Under the pieces are notes generated by a model. That model was given only the letters and a program-made list of their open reading frames with translations. It had not been told where the DNA came from and ran no database searches. The translations under genes were made by a program, and so were the position numbers. From positions 1 through 41,751 of the forward strand of contig JACRTZ010000207.1 in NCBI GenBank assembly GCA_014304965.1: a DNA stretch of 41,751 bases, given 5' to 3'. Numbering within the stretch: position 1 is the stretch's first letter; each line of letters begins with the position of its first letter. The DNA comes from Vulcanimicrobiota bacterium (GTDB lineage: Bacteria; Vulcanimicrobiota; Vulcanimicrobiia; Vulcanimicrobiales; Vulcanimicrobiaceae). Of the stretch, positions 24,833 through 32,754 are shown piece by piece.

Positions 24833-25480
24833 ATGTACCGGCCGGCCCACTTTCGCGAGGACGATACGGCGCGGATACACGCGGCGATGCGCGAGTATCC
24901 CTTCGCGACGCTCGTGACCTCCGGCCCGGACGGACCCGTCGCCAATCACGTGCCGATGCTTTTCGACGAAGCCCCCGAACCGAACGGGTCGCTCGTGTTT
25001 CACGTCGCGCGCGCCAATCCGGTCTGGCAGCACGCCGAGGGCACGGCGCTCGCAATTTTTCTCGGCCCGCATGCGTACGTCTCGCCGAACTATTATCCGA
25101 GCAAGCGCGACGGCGGCAAAGTGGTCCCGACCTGGAACTACCTCGCGGTACACGCACGCGGACCGCTCGAAGTCTTCGACGATCCGGCGCAGCTGCGCGC
25201 GCTCGTCGAACGGCTGACGGCGACGCACGAAGCGCCGCTGGCCGAGCAATGGCGCGTTTCCGACGCGCCTGACGATTTCGTCGCGAGCCAGTTGAAAGGC
25301 ATCGTCGGTTTGCGCATGCGGATCGCACGGCTCGAAGGCAAATGGAAGATGGGCCAAAACCGTCCCGAGGCCGATCGCGAGGGCGCGACCGCAGCGCTCG
25401 CAAACTCGAAGCACGCGAGCGACCGGGCGGCTGCCGCCGCTATGCGCGCAGCGCTCGACCGCGCGCGTTCGCGACCTTAA
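24833..25480 (+). CDS. paiB: FMN-binding negative transcriptional regulator, PaiB family
   Basis: PaiB-like motifs: MY.PAHFRE.D, ATLVT, HVPM, HVARANP, PHAYVSPNYY, VPTWNY..VH, GKWKMGQNR. Confidence 0.85.
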   Translation: MYRPAHFREDDTARIHAAMREYPFATLVTSGPDGPVANHVPMLFDEAPEPNGSLVFHVARANPVWQHAEGTALAIFLGPHAYVSPNYYPSKRDGGKVVPTWNYLAVHARGPLEVFDDPAQLRALVERLTATHEAPLAEQWRVSDAPDDFVASQLKGIVGLRMRIARLEGKWKMGQNRPEADREGATAALANSKHASDRAAAAAMRAALDRARSRP

Positions 25481-25541
25481 AGCCTCATAAAGCTTTACGG
25501 GGCACAGCGATTCATAAGGATCGGCGTGCTAAGGTCGGCGC

Positions 25542-26087
25542 ATGAAGAAACTCTTTTTCGCGCTCGCGTTCGGTGCGTCGCTCGCCCCGATCGCCGTTGC
25601 GGCACAACCCGGCCCCGGCGGGCCTCCGCCCGAAATGCGGGCCAAAATGGAAGCGATGCGCGCCGATACGAAGGCTACGGTTCAGAAAGCCCTCAGCGCG
25701 GATCACCAGTCGAAAATTCAAGCCGTCGTCGATCAGTTCAACACCGGCACCCTCGCACCCAAGGATGCGGTCGCGCAAATCGACGCCATCCTGACACCCG
25801 ACGAAGCGAAGAGCGCCCTCGCCGCCGACATGGCGATGCGCGACAAAATGCGTGCGATGCGCGACCAAATGGGCGGACCGGGCGGCCCGATGGCTCAGGG
25901 CCCAAATGGTGGACCTCCGCACGGCGCACCTCCGAACGGTGGACCTCCGAACGGCACCTCGCCCAAGGGCGACGCGATGCGCGGGCCCGATGCCGGACGT
26001 TTCGTGTTGCAAATGTACGCCGACCCGCAGAAGCTGCGCGACGCGATGCGCGCACAACGCGACGGAGTGGACAAGCAACCCAAGTAA
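25542..26087 (+). CDS. Secreted low-complexity helical protein (Spy/CpxP-like), with a Gly/Pro-rich repeat
   Basis: Signal peptide MKKLFFALAFGASLAPIAVAA. Met/Arg/Asp/Ala-rich helices (MRAKMEAMRAD, MAMRDKMRAMRDQM) are followed by GGPPHGAPPNGGPPNG. Confidence 0.55.
   Translation: MKKLFFALAFGASLAPIAVAAQPGPGGPPPEMRAKMEAMRADTKATVQKALSADHQSKIQAVVDQFNTGTLAPKDAVAQIDAILTPDEAKSALAADMAMRDKMRAMRDQMGGPGGPMAQGPNGGPPHGAPPNGGPPNGTSPKGDAMRGPDAGRFVLQMYADPQKLRDAMRAQRDGVDKQPK
25907..25963 (+). repeat. Imperfect 15-nt tandem repeat (about 3.5 copies) encoding G-G/A-P-P-H/N
   Basis: The units are ggtggacctccgcac / ggcgcacctccgaac / ggtggacctccgaac / ggcacctcgcccaag. Confidence 0.7.
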
Positions 26088-26101
26088 CTCCTCCAACCTC
26101 T

Positions 26102-26139
26102 AAAAAACGGCCCGCTTCGCAGCGGGCCGTGTTTTTTTT
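26102..26139. terminator. Bidirectional intrinsic terminator between convergent genes
   Basis: The sequence is AAAAA-ACGGCCCGC-ttcgca-GCGGGCCGT-g-TTTTTTTT: a perfect 9-bp GC stem flanked by an A-run and a T-run. It sits between the stops at 26087 (+) and 26154 (-). Confidence 0.8.
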
Positions 26140-26153
26140 CGTTCCTTAAGAGA

Positions 26154-29100
26154 CTACTCGGTCAGGGCTTCCTTGACGATGCGCTCTTGTTCGACCGCGT
26201 GCGCGCCGCCGTAACCTTCGCTCGGGCTCGCGCGATATGGGCGGCCGACGTAGGCGACGTCGCCGAATTCTTTCGGCAAGCGTTCCAGTAAGCGGCGCCG
26301 CACGTGCGCGCGCGGCCCCATGTTCTTCGGCTCCTCTTGCACCCAGACCAACCGCTTGAGGTTCGGGTAGGACGCGAGCACGCTGAGGATCGCTTCGGTC
26401 GGGAGCGGCGAGAGCAACTCGATTCGCACGATCGCGGTGGCCGTCATCTTCGCGTAATCTTCGTGGCCGACGAGATCGTAGTAGACCTTGCCCGAACACA
26501 TGATGAAGCGCTCGACCTTTTCGCGATCGTTCGCGAACTTCTCGTCGTTGATTACCGGCTGGAAACGGCCCGACGCCATCGCCTCGAGCGCGCCTCCGGC
26601 GGCCTTCATGCGCAGCAGGCTCTTAGGCGTAAAGATCACGAGCGGCAGCGCTTTGGGATTGCGTGCCTGATGGCGCAGCAAGTGGAAGTACTGCGTCGCA
26701 TTCGAGCAATTGGCGACTTGCACGTTCCCCTCGGCGGATAACTGCAAGAAGCGCTCGATGCGCGCGCTCGAATGTTCGGGGCCGGCGCCCTCGTAGCCGT
26801 GCGGCAGCAAGAGTACGAGCCGCGATCGCTCGTCCCACTTCGCTTGGCCGGCGGCGATAAACTGATCGATAATGATCTGCGCGCCGTTCATGAAGTCGCC
26901 GAACTGCGCTTCCCACAGCACGAGCGCGTTCGGCGTCTCAACGCTGTAGCCGTATTCGAAGCCGAGGCAGGCGTATTCCGACAGCGGGCTGTTGTAGACT
27001 TCGAACGACGAAAGCGAGGTCGGCAGATGCTGGATCGGCGCGTAGGTCGCGTTCGATTTCGGATCGTGCAGGACGAGATGGCGATGGCTGAACGTTCCGC
27101 GCTGCGTGTCCTGACCGGTGAGGCGAATCGGCGTGCCTTCCGACAGCAGCGACGCAAACGAGAGCGCTTCGGAAAGCCCCCAGTCGGCCTCGCCTTCCTT
27201 GACGAAGCCCTCGCGACGGCGTTCCAGTTGCCGCAGCAATTTCGGGTGCGCGCTAAAGCCCTCGGGCAGCTTCAAGAGATCCGCATTCCATGCGAGCAGT
27301 TTGTCCTTGGGGACGCTCGTGTCGAGCCCGCCGAGCGCGACGCCGCTTGCGGTGGGCGCAACCGTTGCGGCGCCCGTCTGCCCTTTGCCCGCTTTGACGT
27401 TCTTGTGCGCTTCGGAGATGCGGGCGGAAGCGCTCGCAAGCATCGCGTTGACGTCGTCCGCCGTCACGACGCCTTGCGCCATCAGCTTCTGCGCGTACAG
27501 TTCGCGCACGGTCGGATGCGCCTTGATGCGCTCGTACATGTCGGGTTGCGTGTAGGCGGGCTCGTCGGCTTCATTGTGCCCGAACCGGCGATAGCCGATC
27601 GCGTCGATGATCGCGTCGCGACCGAAGCGGCGGCGGAAGTCCACCGCGAGCTGGACGGCCGCCATGCACGCCTCGACGTCGTCGGCATTGACGTGCACGA
27701 TGGGCACGTCGAAGCCCTTGGCGAGATCCGAGGCATACCGCGTCGAACGCGCGTCGCGCGGATCGGTCGTGAAACCGACCTGATTGTTCGCGATGAAGTG
27801 GATGGTGCCGCCGGTCGCGTAGCCCGCGAGCGCCTGCAAATTCAAAACTTCGGCGACGACGCCTTGCGCGCTGAAGGCCGCGTCCCCGTGAATCAAGATC
27901 GGCGCAGCGCGGCGCAGGTCGAGCGCGGCTTGCGGCGTGTCTTGCCGCGTCTGCAGCGCGCGCGTACGGCCTTCGACGACCCCGTCCACCGCTTCGAGAT
28001 GGCTGGGATTGCTCGCGAGCGCGACCGCGATTTCGTGGCCGTCGAGCGTCACGTACGTTCCTTCGGCACCGTGATGGTACTTCACGTCGCCGGTCACGTC
28101 GTCGTCGCCACCCTCGCCGCGGCGGTCGGCGGCATCGAATTCCGCGAGAATCTCGTCGTACGGCCGGTTGACGACGTGCGAGATCGTCGCGAGCCGCCCA
28201 CGGTGCGCCATGCCGAGGACGGCTGTTCCGATGCCGTCGTCGGCAAATTCGGTCACGAGTTGCTCGAGCATCGGGATCATGACGTCGAGCCCTTCGATCG
28301 AAAACGTTTTCGCACCGAGGTACGTTTTGCGCAGGTACCGTTCGAACGTCTCGACCTTCGTAAGGCGATCGAGCACTTTGCGCGCGCGTTCGGCCGAAAG
28401 CGGCGCGACGTGCCGTCCCGACTCGATGTAGTCGCGCAGCCATTCGCGCTGCTCGATGTTCGCGATGTGCTCGACTTCGTACGCGATCGTCGAGCTGTAC
28501 GCGCGCCGCAGCTCGCCGACGGTTTCGGCGAGGGTGCTGCCCTTCAGTTTCGTGCGCAAGATGGCGGCCGGCACCGCGGACATGATCGAAGGCGTCAAAC
28601 CGTAGGCATGCGCGTCGAGCGACGGGTCGCCCGGGGGCTGCGCGCCCAGTGGATCGAGCGTCGCGGCCAAATGGCCGTGACGGCGATAAGCGGAAACCAG
28701 CGCCATGCCCGCCGCCACGGCCCGCAAGAGTTCGTCGGAATACGCTTCGACCTCGCGCGGTTCGCGGGGCCCGGCGTCGGTAACGGCGACCGGCGCGCTC
28801 GCGGCCGAGCGTGCGCCGTCGGTGCGCCCGGCCGCTACCCCGAGGCTTGCGAAGATGTCGTCGTAGAAGCGTTCGCCGCCGCCCAAGAGTTCGTCGACGC
28901 GTTTGAGGAATTCGCCCGACTGCGCGCCTTGGATGACGCGGTGATCGTACGTGCTCGTCAGCGTCATCGTTTTCTCGACGCCAAGTTGACGAAGCGCGGC
29001 TTCGTTCGCAAGCGCGAAGCCCGGCGGATACCCGATCGCTCCCGCGGCAACGATCGCGGCTTGCCCCGGCATCAAGCGCGGCACCGAGGCGACCGTGCCG

Positions 29101-30131
29101 ATGCCGCCGGGATTCGTCAACGTGATGGAAGCGCCGGTCAAATCGTCGGCGGCGAGTTTGTTGTCGCGCGCCTTGGCGACCAACTCTTCATAGCGCGCGC
29201 GAAACGCCGCGAAATCGAGCGCGGCGGCGTCTTTGAGAACGGGGACGATCAAGAAGCGCGAGCCGTCTTTGCGCTGCGCATCCACGGCGAGGCCGAGGTG
29301 CACGCCGTTCTCCACTTTGAACGGGGCGTCGCCTTCGCGGCGAAACGACGTGACGATCGCGCGGTCGCGATCCGCCGCGCGCACGATCGCGTAGGCGATC
29401 ACGTGCGTGTACGAAATCTTTTCGGAACGGCCGGCGGCCTTGAGGCCGGCATTCAGTTCGGCGCGTTTGCGCTCGAGCACGCCGACCTGAAGCGTACGGA
29501 AACTCGTCGCCGTCGGAATCGTGAGACTCGCCTCCATGTACCCGACGAGCGAGGCGGCGGGGCCCTTGAGCGGCACCGGCTTGGCGTCGGGCGCAAGAGG
29601 CGCCGGCGGCGCGGCCGCAGACGCCGTGGAAGCGGGCCGGGGCGACCCCGCAGCGGCGGCGCGTTGGACATCGTCGCGAACGACCAGCCCCTCGGGCCCC
29701 GAACCAGAAATGCTCGCCACGTCGAGGTGGTCGCGCTCCGCCAGACGGCGCGCGCGGTACGAAACCGCCCCGCCCGTTGGTGCGGCACCGTTGGGCGGCG
29801 GAGGCTTCGCCGCGCCGTTCGCGACGGGCTCGAGCACGGGCTGGGAAGCTGCCGGTGACGCAGCCCCGGCAGCCGGCTTTTCGGCCGACGTGTCGATCTC
29901 GGCGAGCGGCGCGCCCACGGCGACCGTGGCGCCCTCGGCGGCCAGCACGCTCTTCACGAGCCCCGCGGACGGCGAGGGCACTTCGACGTCGACCTTGTCG
30001 GTCGTCACGTCCACGAGGGTCGCGCCTTCTTCAATCCATTGACCGGGCTTGACGCGCCATTCGACAATCGACCCCTCGGTCACCGACTCGCCCATTTCGG
30101 GCAGGGTGACGCGGACGATCGTTTCAGGCAC
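26154..30131 (-). CDS. kgd: Multifunctional 2-oxoglutarate dehydrogenase: lipoyl domain + E3-binding domain + E2 acyltransferase fused to E1o (Kgd/OdhA type)
   Basis: Domain order along the protein: aa 1-80 lipoyl domain (TTDK46VD); Ala/Pro linkers; aa ~122-158 PSBD-like (RRLAERDHLDVASISGSGPEGLVVRDDV); aa ~188-418 acyltransferase (LTNPGGIGTV, TSTYDH397RVIQGAQSGEFL); then E1o (YRRHGHLAATLDPLG, GMAHRGRL, HGDAAFSAQGVV, YRRFGHNEADEP, WEAQFGDF, LLLPHGYEGAGPEHSSARIERFLQL). GTG start with GGAG 7 nt upstream. Confidence 0.92.
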   Translation of the reverse strand: MPETIVRVTLPEMGESVTEGSIVEWRVKPGQWIEEGATLVDVTTDKVDVEVPSPSAGLVKSVLAAEGATVAVGAPLAEIDTSAEKPAAGAASPAASQPVLEPVANGAAKPPPPNGAAPTGGAVSYRARRLAERDHLDVASISGSGPEGLVVRDDVQRAAAAGSPRPASTASAAAPPAPLAPDAKPVPLKGPAASLVGYMEASLTIPTATSFRTLQVGVLERKRAELNAGLKAAGRSEKISYTHVIAYAIVRAADRDRAIVTSFRREGDAPFKVENGVHLGLAVDAQRKDGSRFLIVPVLKDAAALDFAAFRARYEELVAKARDNKLAADDLTGASITLTNPGGIGTVASVPRLMPGQAAIVAAGAIGYPPGFALANEAALRQLGVEKTMTLTSTYDHRVIQGAQSGEFLKRVDELLGGGERFYDDIFASLGVAAGRTDGARSAASAPVAVTDAGPREPREVEAYSDELLRAVAAGMALVSAYRRHGHLAATLDPLGAQPPGDPSLDAHAYGLTPSIMSAVPAAILRTKLKGSTLAETVGELRRAYSSTIAYEVEHIANIEQREWLRDYIESGRHVAPLSAERARKVLDRLTKVETFERYLRKTYLGAKTFSIEGLDVMIPMLEQLVTEFADDGIGTAVLGMAHRGRLATISHVVNRPYDEILAEFDAADRRGEGGDDDVTGDVKYHHGAEGTYVTLDGHEIAVALASNPSHLEAVDGVVEGRTRALQTRQDTPQAALDLRRAAPILIHGDAAFSAQGVVAEVLNLQALAGYATGGTIHFIANNQVGFTTDPRDARSTRYASDLAKGFDVPIVHVNADDVEACMAAVQLAVDFRRRFGRDAIIDAIGYRRFGHNEADEPAYTQPDMYERIKAHPTVRELYAQKLMAQGVVTADDVNAMLASASARISEAHKNVKAGKGQTGAATVAPTASGVALGGLDTSVPKDKLLAWNADLLKLPEGFSAHPKLLRQLERRREGFVKEGEADWGLSEALSFASLLSEGTPIRLTGQDTQRGTFSHRHLVLHDPKSNATYAPIQHLPTSLSSFEVYNSPLSEYACLGFEYGYSVETPNALVLWEAQFGDFMNGAQIIIDQFIAAGQAKWDERSRLVLLLPHGYEGAGPEHSSARIERFLQLSAEGNVQVANCSNATQYFHLLRHQARNPKALPLVIFTPKSLLRMKAAGGALEAMASGRFQPVINDEKFANDREKVERFIMCSGKVYYDLVGHEDYAKMTATAIVRIELLSPLPTEAILSVLASYPNLKRLVWVQEEPKNMGPRAHVRRRLLERLPKEFGDVAYVGRPYRASPSEGYGGAHAVEQERIVKEALTE

Positions 30132-30216
30132 CGAGCGACTCCGGGATGTGCACGACGACTATCATTCTAACGCACAGGCCACAACCCGCCTGCACCATCG
30201 GTCGGCTGCGCGGACG

Positions 30217-30248
30217 CAAAACGGGGCCCGCCCTGCCGGACGAGCCCC
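30217..30248 (-). terminator. Putative intrinsic terminator downstream of the CHRD-like gene
   Basis: The minus-strand RNA reads GGGGCUCG-(10 nt)-CGGGCCCC followed by GUUUUG. This is 8 bp including one G-U pair that forms only on the minus strand. The U-tract is short. Confidence 0.4.
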
Positions 30249-30270
30249 TTGGTTGCCGTTGAGGCCTAGG

Positions 30271-30669
30271 TTACTTGATGTCGGCGCAGGAGGTGTAGAC
30301 CGTGGGCTTGCCCATCTGGTGCATGTTGACCGCGAAGCCGCCCGAGAGGAGCGTTGCGATCGGCAACTTGAGCACGGTCGTTGAGCTGCCGTCCACCGCA
30401 TCGCGCAGCGGGTACAAGACCTTGGCGTCGAGCCTCGCGCAGGGACCGATGTGGAAGTGCACGAGTTGAATTGCGGCCTCGGGCGCGTTCGCGACGTTGA
30501 TCACGACGCGCGTCTGATCGCCGAGCGGCGTCAGCACGACCGAGCCGTTTTCGCCCGAACCGTTTTGCGCGGCCATAAAGAACACGCGCTGTCCGCCGGC
30601 GGCATCGGCCTGCGGTGCGAGCAACGCTGCCGCGCATAAAAGCGCCGCGGCTGCTAAAAATCGTTTCAT
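30271..30669 (-). CDS. Secreted CHRD-like domain protein (hypothetical)
   Basis: ATG at 30669 is preceded by GAAGGGGG. Signal peptide MKRFLAAAALLCAAALLAPQADA. VHFHIG and GGFAVNMHQ resemble the CHRD aHIHxG / YvNvHt motifs. The upstream part of the track ORF is an artefact. Confidence 0.55.
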   Translation of the reverse strand: MKRFLAAAALLCAAALLAPQADAAGGQRVFFMAAQNGSGENGSVVLTPLGDQTRVVINVANAPEAAIQLVHFHIGPCARLDAKVLYPLRDAVDGSSTTVLKLPIATLLSGGFAVNMHQMGKPTVYTSCADIK

Positions 30670-30705
30670 CCGGGGGGCCCCCTTCAAGGGAAAAATGACA
30701 GGTCT

Positions 30706-30795
30706 GCCCCTGTTCGGGCCGAGTCCGCCGAACCGCCTTTTTTTGCCAGATTTCCTCAGGTCCCGTAAGAGGCGGGTCGCTTCGCGAACAGGGGC
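30706..30795. promoter_or_regulatory. Long-range 11-bp inverted repeat enclosing a 68-nt segment in the CHRD/sorA divergent intergenic region
   Basis: GCCCCTGTTCG (30706-30716) pairs with CGAACAGGGGC (30785-30795). There is a nested CCGCCT/AGGCGG pairing inside. A GCGGC...GCCGC hairpin (30819-30840) encloses the sorA SD GGAGG. Confidence 0.3.
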
Positions 30796-30840
30796 GCTCC
30801 GCTTTTCGGACAACTTGAGCGGCCACTGGAGGATTGCCGC

Positions 30841-32049
30841 TTGATGAAGCAATCGCGACGTTCTTTTCTCGCCTCTGCCGCGGCCGCGACCGGCGCGCTG
30901 GCAACCGGCGGCACGGCCTCCGCCGCGCCCGCCTTTATCGATTTGCCGATGGCAAACGGCCGGCGTCCGCTCGAAAAGTTTCCGCAAAAGCGCGAAATGA
31001 TCGTTCAGGCCACGCGGCCGCCGATTCTCGAGACGCCGTTTAGCGTCTTCGACGGCAGCGAGCTGACGCCGAACGACGCCCACTACGTGCGCTGGCATCT
31101 TGCCGGAATTCCCGAATCGGTGGACGCTTCAACCTTTCAGTTGAAGGTCGGCGGCCTCGTCAACAAGTCGCTCTCGCTCAGCCTCGCGCAACTCGAACGC
31201 GACTTCCCGGCAACCGAGATCGTCGCCGTCAACGAGTGCTCAGGCAACAGTCGCGGTTACTTTTCGCCTCGCGTTCCCGGCGGCGAATGGTCGAACGGCG
31301 GCATGAGCAACGCACGCTGGCGCGGCGTGCGGCTCAAGGACATCCTCGCGAAAGCGGGCATCGCGAGCGGCGCGAAACAGGTGAGTTTCCACGGCCTCGA
31401 TCGCGGCGTGATCCCGGCGACGCCGCAGTTTACGAAGGCGCTCGATATGGACGTGGCGGCCGGCGACGACGTCATCGTTGCCTACGCGATGAACGGCCAG
31501 CGGCTGCCGCTGCTCAACGGCTTTCCGCTCCGCTTGGTGGTCGCCGGCTGGTTTGCGACCTACTGGGTGAAGATGCTGAGCAACATCGATGTGATCGATC
31601 ACGTCGAAGATAGCTTCTGGATGAAGACGGCCTACCGCATTCCCGACACGCCGGGCAACACGGTGACGCCGGATCAAACCGGATATCCGACGATTCCGAT
31701 CAACAAACTGCGCGTCCGCTCGTTCATCACCAACGTGACCGACGGCGAAAGGCTGAAACCGGGTCCGCAACCGATCCGGGGCATCGCGTTCGATTCAGGC
31801 ACCGGCATCAAGACGGTCGAGTTTTCTTCGGACGGCGGAACCACGTGGACGGCGGCGACGCTCGGACGCGATTTGGGCCGTTACAGTTTTCGGAAGTGGC
31901 AAACGACCTGGACGCCGTCGGGTCCGAACAAATTTACGCTCGCATGCCGCGCGGCGAGCAACGGCGGGGAGACGCAAAGCACGGTCGCCGTTTGGAATCC
32001 CTCGGGCTACCTTCGCAATAACATCGAGACCTATCAGGTGAACTTGTGA
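30841..32049 (+). CDS. sorA: Sulfite dehydrogenase/oxidase-family molybdopterin subunit (SorA-like), Tat-exported
   Basis: Tat signal SRRSFLASAAAATGALATGGTASA. The Moco Cys motif is VNECSGNSRGYF, and a C-terminal dimerisation (Mo-co_dimer-like) domain follows. The start is TTG 30841 (8 nt from GGAGG) or ATG 30844. Confidence 0.85.
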   Translation: MMKQSRRSFLASAAAATGALATGGTASAAPAFIDLPMANGRRPLEKFPQKREMIVQATRPPILETPFSVFDGSELTPNDAHYVRWHLAGIPESVDASTFQLKVGGLVNKSLSLSLAQLERDFPATEIVAVNECSGNSRGYFSPRVPGGEWSNGGMSNARWRGVRLKDILAKAGIASGAKQVSFHGLDRGVIPATPQFTKALDMDVAAGDDVIVAYAMNGQRLPLLNGFPLRLVVAGWFATYWVKMLSNIDVIDHVEDSFWMKTAYRIPDTPGNTVTPDQTGYPTIPINKLRVRSFITNVTDGERLKPGPQPIRGIAFDSGTGIKTVEFSSDGGTTWTAATLGRDLGRYSFRKWQTTWTPSGPNKFTLACRAASNGGETQSTVAVWNPSGYLRNNIETYQVNL

Positions 32050-32738
32050 TACGTCCGCTGATCGCTCCGGTCACGTTCTGCCTCGCGTTCGCGGCGCTGG
32101 TCGCGGGCGCCGTGGGTGCGCCCTCGGCGGCCCCCAAAGCCTCAGCCTCGCACGTCGTGTCGATCACGATGCCGGCTGCGGTCGTTGATTATAAACCCGG
32201 CGCCAACCTCGCGCTGGTGCAGGCGAACTGTGCGGTGTGCCACGGCGCGGACTACGTCTATAACCAGCCGCCGCTGACGAAAGCGCAGTGGACTGGCGAA
32301 GTCCTCAAGATGCGCAACGCCTACAAAGCGACGATTCCAGACGACGCGGTGGAGAAGATCGTCGAATACCTGATGGCGCAGAACGGCAAGGTCGCGAGCG
32401 CGCCGGCTCCAACCGCCGTCGTCGCGCAGAGCGCCACACCGGTACCGGCTCCCGCGGGCGCGGCCGCAGCGATCGTGCAGGCCAAAGGCTTCAAATTTCT
32501 GCCCGCGAGCCTGACGGTTGCGGCCGGTACGACCGTCACGTTCGTCAACGAGGACGAGGCGCAACACTCGTTCACTGCCGTTGACAAAACGAACGGCAAG
32601 CCCAATTTTGATTCCGGCGAGCTCAGCAAAGGCGGCAAGTGGACGCACGTCTTCGCGAAGGCGGGAACGTACGAGTATTTTTGCGACGACCATGCCTTCA
32701 TGAAGGGCAAGATCGTCGTCACCGCACCCTCCAGCTAA
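32046..32738 (+). CDS. Monoheme cytochrome c (SorB-like) fused to a type-1 copper (cupredoxin) domain
   Basis: After the signal peptide comes heme motif C62AVCH66 with M89 as a possible axial ligand. An Ala/Pro linker follows. The cupredoxin domain carries H174 (EAQHSF) and C213-DD-H216-AF-M219 (YEYFCDDHAFMKG). GTGA overlap with the sorA stop. Confidence 0.8.
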   Translation: MIRPLIAPVTFCLAFAALVAGAVGAPSAAPKASASHVVSITMPAAVVDYKPGANLALVQANCAVCHGADYVYNQPPLTKAQWTGEVLKMRNAYKATIPDDAVEKIVEYLMAQNGKVASAPAPTAVVAQSATPVPAPAGAAAAIVQAKGFKFLPASLTVAAGTTVTFVNEDEAQHSFTAVDKTNGKPNFDSGELSKGGKWTHVFAKAGTYEYFCDDHAFMKGKIVVTAPSS

Positions 32739-32754
32739 GTCGAACGGCCGCGCG

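Noticed and set aside
24044-25414. 456-aa minus-strand ORF
   Set aside because: It is antisense to the oligopeptidase B and PaiB genes, both of which have clear family motifs. It has no motifs of its own.
26772-29858. 1028-aa plus-strand ORF
   Set aside because: It is exactly antisense to the kgd gene. The translation is Arg/Ala/Gly-rich with no recognisable motif, which is the typical stop-free antisense frame of a high-GC gene. The minus-strand product has unambiguous E2/E1o motifs.
30164-30169. TAGAAT (minus strand) as a -10 element for kgd, about 30 nt upstream of its GTG
   Set aside because: The hexamer is good, but I could not find a convincing -35 at proper spacing. It is too speculative to list as a feature.
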